Assembly: GCA_016206805.1 (NCBI GenBank)
Contig: JACQQX010000041.1
Span: forward strand, 1 to 43,224
Length of the DNA: 43,224 bases
Direction: 5' to 3'
Origin: Candidatus Omnitrophota bacterium
GTDB taxonomy: Bacteria; Omnitrophota; Gorgyraeia; 2-02-FULL-51-18
The position numbers and the translations under genes are program-made. Position 1 is the first letter of the stretch; each line of letters opens with the position of its first letter. Under the pieces are notes generated by a model. The model made no database searches. It was given only the letters and a program-made list of their open reading frames with translations, and was not told the origin of the DNA. Shown piece after piece: positions 21,701 through 27,195 of the stretch.

Positions 21701-22630
21701 TTCAAGAAGGCGAAGATAACGGTCAATGGCCCTTAGCTTAAAGGGGTCAGACCCCTGTGGATAACCGCTCTTTATCCACAGGGGTCTGACCCCTTTCAAT
21801 ATCTGTGAATAAACCTCTTCCTCCAACCGCTCCATTTCATCCAGCACGGCGTCAAAGTTGACCTTTGACAATTCATCCGGGTTATTAAAAGACTTGGGCA
21901 AGTGATTAAGAGAAGTGGGGATGGAATATTTCTGAGCCAACTGAATCAGTAAGGTCAGTCTGTCATTCCCGCGCAAGCGGGAATCCACCGGATCCCCGCT
22001 AAAAGATTGCGGGGATGACCATTCCTCGTAGTCCAATAACTCTTTCGGATAGACCCGCCGTTTGAGCGTCTCCACCGCCCGGCGGATGCGCGCCAAGTAT
22101 GCCAAAGAAGCTTCTCTTTTTTTCACCAGTTCCGCGTACGCGCGGAGGCTTCGCATGTACAACCGCTCATCCTCAATGCCGAGCATTTTCATGGGATGAC
22201 TGGATGTGAGATTGAGATATTCTTCGCCGGAGATCCTGCCTTCGATGAGAAACTTCCTCGCCACGCGGCGCCAGACTTTGTCGGATGCGATATTTTTAAT
22301 GGGAGTAAGCGTATCGTCTTTCGTGCCGCCTTCCACAAGAACCGTGTGGATTTTGTATCGCGTCATCAATGAGTCAATGGTTTTGGAAAGATTCTCCTGG
22401 CCGGAGAGATTGGAATGGGCGTCTTGGATGTGAATGATCAGCGGCGCCCCGGCACGAATATACCGCTCTTTTAAAGAACAAAATTCAAGAGGCGGCTCAA
22501 AAGAAGGCGCGTCGGCCGCCGGCCGTATTAAGGAACCGGCCTGCGTGATGTCGGAGAAAAGGAAAATACCTGCCGCTAAGAGGGCGACGATTTTTGTCGT
22601 ATTTCGATGGGATTTTCGGGTCATTTTCAT
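9617..22630 (-). CDS. Giant (4337 aa) multi-module exported polyprotein with ARLA-delimited cargo domains
   Basis: Uninterrupted 13 kb ORF, Sec-like N-terminus, recognisable methyltransferase, HEXXH, sigma70 r4, GT5, GH15 and NTase-like segments separated by [GA][AS]RLA. Confidence 0.93.
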   Translation of the reverse strand: MKMTRKSHRNTTKIVALLAAGIFLFSDITQAGSLIRPAADAPSFEPPLEFCSLKERYIRAGAPLIIHIQDAHSNLSGQENLSKTIDSLMTRYKIHTVLVEGGTKDDTLTPIKNIASDKVWRRVARKFLIEGRISGEEYLNLTSSHPMKMLGIEDERLYMRSLRAYAELVKKREASLAYLARIRRAVETLKRRVYPKELLDYEEWSSPQSFSGDPVDSRLRGNDRLTLLIQLAQKYSIPTSLNHLPKSFNNPDELSKVNFDAVLDEMERLEEEVYSQILKGVRPLWIKSGYPQGSDPFKLRAIDRYLRLLENAYRIQMSSEEYRLFDFNEKDFSTLSMLAFLNRELLDRGAFEDMAPYEDILEKGKKSLRRFYGSVAARDRAFVRNTERIIDKTGNVIPSEVEGSSRFLDYGASASARNDKRAVILIAGGYHTDHLKRLFREKGWSYVILTPNIRSETIQRKYEEVLLEPLGKAENGKWKMENGPRSRSAVAHSPSQSGVRHKASADSSLPAASGVRALPILEPAAASRLASLMNEVSGHVAAESDVLSGNLHDQSMSFLRNLSFHLGNPLIRKNGLRVRRHGATSPDGLRLDDLIQALSLQEVVVSIALPFKSTPWKVTIRSISSVPDKFERQYLSNIDEVQTLLLKLMIKQAFTHVSPLRFVDLDSGSGAFVPAFGDYLKNLLRVDVRVMGVEPMKSLVENIPSPERRLYHADPEGRSAPNYHNVPGLSVSSQDIVTINNIDSRPWALIQQAKRVLKPGGLLIITFLGHDVISETSLGLIRFAQSLIDERDYRLSFFTVPEDYKKLLNKSFPSPPAMMLAAWKLTAARLAADVSVAGAFRSVFLLGVLMIGMGAGCWTRQDRNAGPRPQRPSRIAVQGSAETEDTAPKMRRLEELFRSFESRILSRDKNNDTVQMLDEFHRRLLDFLPEAYRKGVGAALDSKAGNRALYGRIRAYAAGHGFIVVYKGEWLFKKTNFERSYVPLNGIYPVKSTVRLNDMPGNPAVPVVSNPEMKEAGVIGKTVSVGGEALFSQPMVYEDPFRSHVEKIRSEMFRIQEKLEALRRVEDIPLMFESGGANDVNLDRAFSMSRLKLFSLVGNPENAEPLFLQSIATHEYGHHLDNGNPIFNKNFNENRWGSADSEGRAMLVDFRHGGLLGLFDFLVNESQLLPDRRSARKRIRDEMLRLIEKNPGRYGFIVRPEMSLSVQTQIALQFWKFAQNERPRDRIFQDVCRALGYEDLPGFVRRSSTVPPGARLAELKSQATPVSLTERKVLERHDTPMDLKSLMDAYGELLWGMTMEEVAEELAVPYEILMPYFKRNPGHFQRYHIAGYSRRETERMMQAETLAFRFYADLVNPQLPFYRKIQAGYFELSDYIRQHDSVRTLLGIKADEPITPSHIKKIARKLSYLIRRGFLVVREIKGSDRMIGLGSEARRSDEDIVLSKHPDKADLGIDAFLRLPDRPEADPLKQIVAEEAWDAVGRAISRLKPEWKEPLLLIIRGTSYEQAAEELNISSGKLREIVYRARKFIKERSSGFPYGRRAKVRLVEERVSRIKKARFDRRVGELVDFIRASSYLSRSLRGLREDAEVYYHFKRGIQIIPASSGQSAETILQTPEDAVLLFTLRYHADGRETLYLEDEDFQTMRETGAPLAMLTPSGFVRMYDFAHRDFTSKDVALKITAARLAERGKAISWDGFPSRVAIVTSEAVPFAKGGGLGDSAAQQAAAIARQGSRDERGRPRVSLVMPEYRRKINGNSAPPDFEVRSTGIEYSVPVGNAQVPGAVKHAVVNGVDHWLFHASDPSLDYTHHLYDTTYPDSALGQAVFISRSVMEIIPKLVQKNLMPAPDVIHAHDWMTALVPILARLEHSSWHLDERNDFKDSLSRAMYFYRIHNAGLSYQGQFPDEWFGMLGLHLTDPAQYARDFSLRGGFNLARAAMALADGVDPVSRGYGGEILGDPSLTEGLGEVAGRRLQEGAWHPIANGLDKGNGNGSGAYRGFTDAEQMKKIKPMAKTELQKRFGLKVDPKAPIISMIARLDPDQKGTGLVRDNVEKFLRLGAQVIIFNDMNGFDEEKANFRNLAQYLWQSGYDGRFRFYLNDPDDRLDRGPVDLEGYRIDSNDKLVYAGSDLFLVPSKTEPFGLTPPIAMLYGTVPIVRKTGGLQDTVRSFHTQRRPDGNGFIFEGYDKDELFGAIVEAMAVYNRPAEWKEVVSNALNSDYSWDRRVQEFGEYYLTPFERLLRHAMSRVMSYASPADRMTHAQRRFSALKAAYPFFKEPIDSAWGSIRARGRTGRGARLAEAAGDRKNWALRTLQETAEQLLEFVLREGDRPFWRPTEAEKEKEQKDLEKRVNDLTTELKNLKAGASPEELLIAKGFTKILTNDPRVPAFVQSLDKNQDPSKTVCSTGIVVALPEPDRKKSIGRIFTSSIWWSLDYWYEIRREGHRDYKDGMHLYEDSFSLPIDPSSQDGFRVFSFQKMGTREEWHPVPAAIEGAAVAARHHSKIHPYWYVWPRDAALLIKGLIHLVQYVDLPPDLKRRINHKIHAYLFQYMAKVFEEDDKSRSRNFPDLLGFAKWEVDGTIYSGPWGNPQFDGAALTVVTYVDQALARMEQTPGTATNDQLRKETWPIVQRLTAFVSRTADQPCFDLWEELYGLHFYTRMAQARALDKAVVLAKRLSIAGEEIERWEAKAVEIRQNIRKDHIKPLDQVLREMRYLHEDDKNKKQLPLILELREAIKQKYLEAQYGDEEADTKAGDFEIIVSTVTEQDRRTVRPIDSSVIGAIIHSIEESREGMPFLTAVDLHVIQTFAAHEIVFRSLYPINGEWKDENGPRKGQGIGRYPLDGYVGQNPWYLTTAWYGRLLFYMLRLFAENPNPRINPQAFHILLGTDVRASTQDKVLEKALGYLDWITSHMRHLNGQVMSEQLNAKTGEPAGALELAWSLREFNRLVNDLLRFISDMESADQTPSAARLATGRREEGDFNDKGMAVTLDGVRRTIDRIRAAAGELSGGVSRIAPGAEIFLTGSFARGAMRLGLFPDQAALNYITQDIADYGDAFFNVIYPQRLHRAGKAAAVFPSDIDIRFGGAALDRSSQVEIQRLLERIFRNHRVFIHAVDWTTAHDKPLEVLSGFLTRLENELPVVASFERAVREAAAGVSLRENINELTIYGPSEAALANVRISSQGLEDVGGWITPFEVALRAILGLLQQTPSPNLIPHFQILPLAEVHVAGDDSARPLAGRGARPAGKEPAEGGRPRAEAAQTDSPSASNAARLAGKMDRRETLLALLGAAGSIYLISLFYDFLSGDRPRGNERTEPQSAKEERSERVLAGLKRFFDEIRPGLSANERAWVDEFLNVPNKLLMIFPDIGDEDPQPPRPAAAVKINDTIGAKDTRQLTLNVNHFEKLLESAGRNAATRHALIALALKEGSTLSDMKAHPKEYRRLNALAEDFFRRAEAGDLPDWFCAQLADRLIEMELFGYRAPLEYFRRLGVERLPDDGPARRWSSLLLMSKNDDDLRLNIFLSEVQLFDRRLWQRIAEMARARGKAFAKPKEGGVEWTFKPGALRFLRSGQPKNENNSSTAARLAARDYLADLENRINNLKSVQDIWELLHDWSQVREREGEEEAERWIPRLREAIYHYYEASIPAASDVSTARSLRRSFLKISRIAFTQERRAALTRLTADVIAKLQKRPGSRLAEKRDWGFTVLDRAIGETERILSLLGRVGLTPEERSQMRLGFEKIRRALILIKNRGLRFTDLWDGGLGKVLNKLMSAMDAIVGRFHDSPFRYENELAGSMKRLRHYLLIIKPDDSFNAVLKDSEELVYAVEGAWWGDDRENPVSLWRKTAVALYERLLEIKAAPNWRDQLAEPFFVFSIAFLPDLIEAATRFLTESQIQREIISSAESLLEFFSLHGHDLMARRWLLQMGAHERWTEFHREAVCELVRIAAGAPDLKDHLFSLFESQNPNWRRGARDVIAALDRPDPPGARLASKPHPRFESHRNGRARRAIRAGKREEVRGERENDPSSAFETRVGARWVAPGEGDREPVALLASDILPRPLQRGSRLSRPEILSLERSFSEAVRLNELPERLAYPVRIGKGAGFAVREEDGGVLWDGMRRPILRIRGGSSESRFPMEAFGNDRFGRDEMEVLFARIHQLGLDVTEDVRDGKPLLIRVTDDWENMKPARRYALVKSIEFIRQNFNNVRFKADDLSDDLVGFEPEKTINVFPAHLEEQALTKKGMGVLVWEEDSHQDFLPFTAMFMAAIAEGRLEYRDLDDKGIQLFQTLIRGGIHASFRLTPEVYEAMQNFDEDFDYSQTTVKALGRLLGNALAAARLALHAAGIAA
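12842..13729 (-). other. Giant-protein module: Pol-beta-type nucleotidyltransferase-like domain
   Basis: IFLTGSFARG and SDIDI motifs, with an unusually long spacer. Confidence 0.5.
13745..15745 (-). other. Giant-protein module: GH15 glucoamylase domain
   Basis: YWYVWPRDAAL, WGNPQFDGAAL, FDLWEE..G.HFYT, IGRYPLDGY..NPWYLTT, MSEQ...GE..GA.ELAWS. Confidence 0.88.
15761..17575 (-). other. Giant-protein module: glycogen/starch synthase (GT5, GlgA-like) domain
   Basis: SEAVPFAKGGGLGD, PDVIHAHDW, IHN..YQG, PSKTEPFGL, YGTVPIVRKTGGLQDTV, DYSW. Confidence 0.92.
17591..18859 (-). other. Giant-protein module with sigma70 region-4 (ECF-like) HTH
   Basis: AISRLKPEWKEPLLL..GTSYEQAAEELNISSGKLREIVYRAR (~18040-18236) and a second HTH-like GMTMEEVAEELAV. 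Confidence 0.7.
18875..20137 (-). other. Giant-protein module: membrane/lipoprotein-like segment plus HEXXH zinc-peptidase motif
   Basis: VFLLGVLMIGMGAGC; ATHEYGHHLD (19277-19291) with a downstream Glu (SEGRA). Confidence 0.55.
20153..21040 (-). other. Giant-protein module: class I SAM-dependent methyltransferase-like domain
   Basis: FVDLDSGSG (motif I variant), VMGVEP, QDIVT, RVLKPGGLLII. Confidence 0.75.
21183..21210. repeat. 4x CCATTTT tandem heptamer, translated in the giant ORF
   Basis: Directly visible; encodes ENGKWKMENG. Confidence 0.85.
21373..21447. repeat. TGTCAT-family palindrome inserted in frame in the giant ORF
   Basis: tgtcattccgagc...ctcgggatgaca; encodes VIPSEVEGSSRFLDYGASASARND. 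Confidence 0.9.
21743..21793. repeat. GGGGTCAGACCCC/DnaA-box palindrome inserted in frame in the giant ORF
   Basis: ggggtcagacccc-TGTGGATAA-ccgctct-TTATCCACA-ggggtctgacccc; 51 nt, encodes GVRPLWIKSGYPQGSDP. Confidence 0.9.
21961..22019. repeat. GTCATTCCCGCG..GCGGGAATCC palindrome inserted in frame in the giant ORF
   Basis: tgtcattcccgcgcaagcgggaatcc...gcggggatgac; encodes SSPQSFSGDPVDSRLRGND. Confidence 0.85.
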
Positions 22631-22650
22631 TCGGGAAATTGAGTCACCAA

Positions 22651-22679
22651 AGTATACACGAGGCTCCCTTATTTTCCAA
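22651..22679 (-). promoter_or_regulatory. Putative sigma70 promoter of the giant gene
   Basis: TTGGAA-17 nt-TATACT, 20 nt upstream of the ATG. Confidence 0.45.
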
Positions 22680-22730
22680 ATAAAACCTGTGAAAAAGTTG
22701 ATTAATTTTAGATAAAATTGTTAATTTATT

Positions 22731-22809
22731 TGTCATTTCGAGGCCGTCAGACCGAGAAATCTCATGAAACAAAGATTTCTCGCCCGCCTTTGGCGGCCTC
22801 GAAATGACA
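22731..22809. repeat. TGTCATTTCG...CGAAATGACA palindrome
   Basis: Full two-armed copy between the divergent promoters. Confidence 0.88.
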
Positions 22810-22839
22810 GGGGGTTTGAGTGGATTGCGTGAGAGAAAT

Positions 22840-22868
22840 TTGACTTGCCTTCGCGCTTTTTGTATACT
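22840..22868 (+). promoter_or_regulatory. Sigma70 promoter of nuo operon 2
   Basis: TTGACT-17 nt-TATACT; SD AGAAGGA before ATG 22949. Confidence 0.65.
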
Positions 22869-22948
22869 CCGTTCATAAACCCTGTCATTCTTTCCCGTCT
22901 TCCCTAAAAAACCGGCAAGGGTTACACTGAAACTAGAAGGACTTTGCG

Positions 22949-23314
22949 ATGTCGCTGTTGCATGACTACGCGTATGTGTTGGGTTTTTTCATTATTGGCA
23001 TCGGATTTGTTGTCATTAATTCCGTCCTTCCTCTCCTGGTCAGTCCCAAAAGTCGCGGCGCGATGCGCGCAAAACCTTATGAGAGCGGTGAAGTGCCTCT
23101 GGGCGGCGCGTGGGTGCAGTTCGATATCAATTACTATCTTTTCGCCCTCATCTTCATCGCCTTCGACGTGGAGGCGGCTTTTTTGTTTCCGGTGCTGGTC
23201 GTTTATAAAGACATCCCCGGCATAGCGGCGCTGGTGGAAGTGACGCTCTTTTTAGCCATCCTCTCTTTCGCCATTCTCTATGCCTGGAAAAAGGGACTCT
23301 TCGCGTGGAAATAA
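22949..23314 (+). CDS. nuoA: Complex I-like subunit A
   Basis: [36 protein letters not shown]. Confidence 0.95.
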   Translation: MSLLHDYAYVLGFFIIGIGFVVINSVLPLLVSPKSRGAMRAKPYESGEVPLGGAWVQFDINYYLFALIFIAFDVEAAFLFPVLVVYKDIPGIAALVEVTLFLAILSFAILYAWKKGLFAWK

Positions 23315-23907
23315 ACCAGGATCCCCATTATTTAAACACCCAAACCCCCTCTCCCGACATGGTTCGCTTTTTTAAAGTGGAAGACGTTTTCAATATGGCG
23401 CGCGCCAACTCGCTTTGGCCGCTGACTTTCGGCTTGGCTTGCTGCGCGATTGAGCTGATGGCCGGGGGCGCGGCGCGCTTCGATATGGATCGCTTCGGCT
23501 TCGGCGTGTTCCGCCCTTCTCCGCGCCAGTCGGACCTCATGATTGTCGCCGGAACGATTTCGCGCAAGATGGTCCCCTGCATTAAGACCCTTTATGACCA
23601 GATGCCTTCACCCAAGTATGTGATCGCGCTCGGCGGATGCGCGACCGCCGGCGGCCCCTTCAAATATCCCGGCCAATACGGCATTCTCGAAGGCATTGAC
23701 AAGATCATCCCGGTAAACGTTTACATTCCCGGCTGCCCGCCAAGACCCGAAGCGTTGATCGCGGGCATCCTCGAACTCCAAAAACAGATTAAAGAAGGCC
23801 GCACGCAGGGCGTGATGTCCCCCGCCGCGGTCAACGACTCCCAAGACGCGCGTCCGGCCGAATACAAAAACGCGATGTCCCGCGCGGAGTTTAGGAAACA
23901 GGTGTAA
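23305..23907 (+). CDS. nuoB: Complex I-like subunit B
   Basis: [40 protein letters not shown]. Confidence 0.96.
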   Translation: MEINQDPHYLNTQTPSPDMVRFFKVEDVFNMARANSLWPLTFGLACCAIELMAGGAARFDMDRFGFGVFRPSPRQSDLMIVAGTISRKMVPCIKTLYDQMPSPKYVIALGGCATAGGPFKYPGQYGILEGIDKIIPVNVYIPGCPPRPEALIAGILELQKQIKEGRTQGVMSPAAVNDSQDARPAEYKNAMSRAEFRKQV

Positions 23908-23913
23908 ATCATG

Positions 23914-23940
23914 TGTCATTTCGAGAGAAGCGAGAAATCT
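23914..23940. repeat. Truncated TGTCATTTCG...GAGAAATCT repeat
   Basis: tgtcatttcgagagaagcgagaaatct between nuoB and nuoCD. Confidence 0.6.
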
Positions 23941-23963
23941 TGAGTATCACCGTGGAAAGAAAC

Positions 23964-25586
23964 ATGAAACAGTGGCTTTTGGACACGATCAAACCGGACG
24001 AGTTTGCCGAAAAGGATTTAAAAAAGAACGGTATTTTATTCGAAGCGCTCGCCCGGCCCGATCAGATTCAAAGTGTCGCCCGTGAGTTCTTAGCGCAGCG
24101 CTATTTTCTGGAAAGTCTGACCGCTGTGGACTTCGCCGAATGTCTGGAGCTGGTTTATCACTTTAACCGCTGGGACGGATGCCGGCGCGTCTGCGTCAAA
24201 GTCCTTGTTCCCAAAGAAGGCGGCGTTCCCGGCAACGGCGCGTGGCATGCGCCGACTCTCTCCTCTATTTTCAAATCCGCCAACTGGTTTGAGCGGGAGA
24301 TCCACGAGATGTTCGGCATCGTTTTTGACGGGCATCCGCATTTAAAAAGACTGTTGCTTCCCGAAAGTTCCACCATTTTTCCCCTTTTAAAAAGTTTCAA
24401 AGGCGAGCCCAAAGGATCCGACGTTGCCCAGTCTTTAAAGCTGATCGAGGAAGACGCCAAAGAATTTCGGGTCCAAGAAGCGCAAAGCCTGACTAAAAAA
24501 GACAAAGATTATTATCTGAACCTCGGACCCCAACACCCTTCCACGCATGGCGTATTGCGCGTGCTGCTCCATCTTTCCGGTGAGCGGGTGCTGGATGGCG
24601 AACCCATCATCGGTTATTCGCATCGTCATCATGAAAAAATGATGGAAATCCAGACCTATTTTGGCTGCTGGCCCAATATGGGCCGCTTGGATTACGTGGG
24701 CGCCATGAGCTACAACATGGGTTACGCGCTGTTAGCCGAAAAAGCCCTGGGCCTTGTCCCCCCTCCTCGCGTGGAACATATCCGCGTTCTGATGACCGAG
24801 CTCAATCGCATTTCCAGCCACCTTTTATGGATGGGCACTTTCCTTTTGGATTTGGGAGCCTTTACTCCGTTTTTTTACTGCTTCGACGACCGCGAACAAA
24901 TCCTCGATATCCTGGAAATGGCCACCGGCGAGCGATTAACCTATGACTATTTCCGCTTTGGCGGCGTCGACCATGATATTCCCCAGGAGTTCGCTCCGGC
25001 AATCAAGGCTTTTATTCCGGGATTTAGAAAACGTTTGGCCGATTACGATAAATTGATCCGCCGGAACATCATTTTTGAAAAAAGAACCAAGGGATTGGGC
25101 GTTCTCACCAAAGAAAGCGCGCTCTCTTACGGCGTGACAGGCCCTTCGCTTCGCGCGGCCGGCGTCGCTTACGATTTGCGGCGGGATGAGCCTTATTCCC
25201 TCTACCCGGAGCTGGATTTTAATATTCCAACGGCGACCGACAGCGACGTCTATTCCCGTTATTGGGTGCGTTTTCGCGAGATGGAAGAAAGCCTTAAAAT
25301 TATTTCCCAACTCGTTGACAAAATCCCGGCCGGAGAAACTAAACTCGCGCGCGTGCCAAAAAATTTCCCCAAGGGCGAATATTATTCAGCGTGCGAATCC
25401 GCCCGCGGACTGTTTGGGATGCATCTTGTCAGTGATGGGTCGCTTAATCCCTATCGCTTCAAGCTCCGCACCCCGTCTTTTTCGAATTTGAATTCCATTA
25501 TCGACATGCTGCCAGGCTGCCTGATATCCGACGTGGTGGCGGTTCTGGGAAGCATTGATATCGTGTTGCCAGAGATTGATAGATAA
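23964..25586 (+). CDS. nuoCD: Fused complex I-like subunit C/D
   Basis: ANWFEREIHEMFGIVFDGHP followed by LNLGPQHPSTHGVLR, RLDY, EIDR; no NiFe CxxC ligands. Confidence 0.94.
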   Translation: MKQWLLDTIKPDEFAEKDLKKNGILFEALARPDQIQSVAREFLAQRYFLESLTAVDFAECLELVYHFNRWDGCRRVCVKVLVPKEGGVPGNGAWHAPTLSSIFKSANWFEREIHEMFGIVFDGHPHLKRLLLPESSTIFPLLKSFKGEPKGSDVAQSLKLIEEDAKEFRVQEAQSLTKKDKDYYLNLGPQHPSTHGVLRVLLHLSGERVLDGEPIIGYSHRHHEKMMEIQTYFGCWPNMGRLDYVGAMSYNMGYALLAEKALGLVPPPRVEHIRVLMTELNRISSHLLWMGTFLLDLGAFTPFFYCFDDREQILDILEMATGERLTYDYFRFGGVDHDIPQEFAPAIKAFIPGFRKRLADYDKLIRRNIIFEKRTKGLGVLTKESALSYGVTGPSLRAAGVAYDLRRDEPYSLYPELDFNIPTATDSDVYSRYWVRFREMEESLKIISQLVDKIPAGETKLARVPKNFPKGEYYSACESARGLFGMHLVSDGSLNPYRFKLRTPSFSNLNSIIDMLPGCLISDVVAVLGSIDIVLPEIDR

Positions 25587-25592
25587 TAATGC

Positions 25593-25728
25593 GAGCACGA
25601 AATCCGAAGCACGAAGCACGAAACAAATTAGAAATTAAAATGACACAAATATCAAACAAGAGGTTTAGAGCATTGAAATTTGAAAAATTGGAATTTGTTT
25701 CGTGCTTCGGATTTCGTGCTTCGGATTT
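25593..25728 (+). repeat. ~136 bp heptamer-based inverted-repeat element directly after nuoCD
   Basis: Copy of 5340-5475, same orientation relative to transcription. Confidence 0.9.
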
Positions 25729-25734
25729 AAATAA

Positions 25735-26694
25735 ATGATTCCCGAATTATTTACAATTATTCTTTACGGTACCCTCGTCATCCTATTTGTCTCTGTCAAT
25801 GCTCTCTTTTTAGTGTGGATGGAGCGCCGTGTGTCGGCGCGCATCCAGCTGAGGCGCGGGCCGATTCATGTCGGCTGGCAGGGACTTTTGCAAACCGTGG
25901 CCGATGCCGTGAAGCTCATCAGCAAGGAACTGGTCCTTCCCAGCGAATCGGACCGTTTTTTGTATATCCTGGCTCCGATGCTGGTCTTTGCTCCGCTCCT
26001 GGCGGCTTTTCTGATATTGCCTTTGGGGCCGGGAATGGTGATGCGCGACTTGAATGTCGGATTTCTCTTTGCGTTCGCGCTCACCAACATCACCTTTATC
26101 GGGATTTTTATCGCCGGCTGGTCTTCCAATAGCAAATATGCCCTCTTGGGCGCGATGCGGGCTGTGGCACAAAATATTTCCTACGAAATCCCCTTGCTTC
26201 TTTCAACCATGGGCGTGGTTTTGCTGGCCCAAAGCCTGAAAATGTCGGAACTGGTGGCTGCGCAAAACTCCGTGTGGTTTATATTCCTCCAACCGGTGGC
26301 TTTTTTGATTTTTCTCTGCTCAAGCCTTGCCGAAGCCAATCGCGCCCCGTTTGATATTCCGGAAGCGGAGTCGGAGCTGGTCGCCGGATTCCATACCGAG
26401 TATTCCGGGATGCGTTTCGCGCTCTTTTTTCTCGGAGAATATACGGCAATTTTTATTTCGTCGGCCATCGCGGCAACCCTTTTCCTGGGCGGATGGGAGG
26501 GACCGTTTTTGCCGGGCGCTGTCTGGCTTCTGATCAAAACTTACGCGATTGTGTTAGTAGTGATGTGGATACGCTGGACGTTTCCGCGTCTGCGCAGTGA
26601 TCAACTCATGAGCTTCGCTTGGAAGGTGTTGATCCCTTTTGCGATTGTGAATGTGTTCATCACCGCCGTTGTGTTAGAATTGCAAAAAATTTAA
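25735..26694 (+). CDS. nuoH: Complex I-like subunit H
   Basis: [43 protein letters not shown]. Confidence 0.96.
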   Translation: MIPELFTIILYGTLVILFVSVNALFLVWMERRVSARIQLRRGPIHVGWQGLLQTVADAVKLISKELVLPSESDRFLYILAPMLVFAPLLAAFLILPLGPGMVMRDLNVGFLFAFALTNITFIGIFIAGWSSNSKYALLGAMRAVAQNISYEIPLLLSTMGVVLLAQSLKMSELVAAQNSVWFIFLQPVAFLIFLCSSLAEANRAPFDIPEAESELVAGFHTEYSGMRFALFFLGEYTAIFISSAIAATLFLGGWEGPFLPGAVWLLIKTYAIVLVVMWIRWTFPRLRSDQLMSFAWKVLIPFAIVNVFITAVVLELQKI

Positions 26695-27195
26695 ATGACC
26701 TATCTTAAAGAAGTCCTCAGAGGTTTTTGGAGTCTCCTGGTGGGCATGGGGATCACGTTCCGGTATTTTTTCAAAAAACCGGTGACGGTGATTTACCCCA
26801 AAGAACGCATCCCCATAAAACGCTTCAAAGGCCCGATCAATTTCGTCGTCGATGAAAAAAGCGGCGACCATAAGTGCATCGCCTGCAATGCCTGCATTAA
26901 AGTCTGCCCTTCCCGCTGCATGTCTCTGGAAATCGGAAAAAGCGCGGCCGATGGCAAGCGGGTTTTGACGGATTTTAAAGTCAATTACATGCTCTGCAGT
27001 TTGTGCAGTTTATGCATCGATGTCTGCCCAACCGACGCGCTCAAACACGCCGACGGCGACTATGATATGGTGTCCATGACGCAAAAAGAGCTCATCATGG
27101 ACCTTTTGGAGCCATTTGAGAAACGGGGTACGCCGCTCACCAAGATTCCGCTGGCGACTGAGACTCCAAAACCCGAAGCGCCGAAACCCCAATGA
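26695..27195 (+). CDS. nuoI: Complex I-like subunit I
   Basis: CIACNACIKVCP, CSLCSLCIDVCP. Confidence 0.93.
   Translation: MTYLKEVLRGFWSLLVGMGITFRYFFKKPVTVIYPKERIPIKRFKGPINFVVDEKSGDHKCIACNACIKVCPSRCMSLEIGKSAADGKRVLTDFKVNYMLCSLCSLCIDVCPTDALKHADGDYDMVSMTQKELIMDLLEPFEKRGTPLTKIPLATETPKPEAPKPQ

Larger units (their letters stand above)
21056..22630 (-). other. Giant-protein N-terminal region: signal peptide plus putative TraB/Tiki/ChaN-EreA-fold metalloenzyme
   Basis: KIVALLAAGIFLFSDITQA; IIHIQDAH, LVEGG, GIED..LY, RDRAF, ILIAGGYH. Confidence 0.5.

Noticed and set aside
9617-22630. Giant ORF as an assembly chimera, stop-codon read-through of an operon, or intein/NRPS/RTX protein
   Set aside because: Neighbouring genes use all three stops normally and modules are joined by a consistent motif; no intein, A-T-C or GGxGxD motifs seen. 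Misassembly cannot be fully excluded without reads
23964-25586. Group 4 NiFe hydrogenase large subunit
   Set aside because: No N- or C-terminal CxxC ligands; has NuoD quinone-site motifs (HPSTHG, RLDY)
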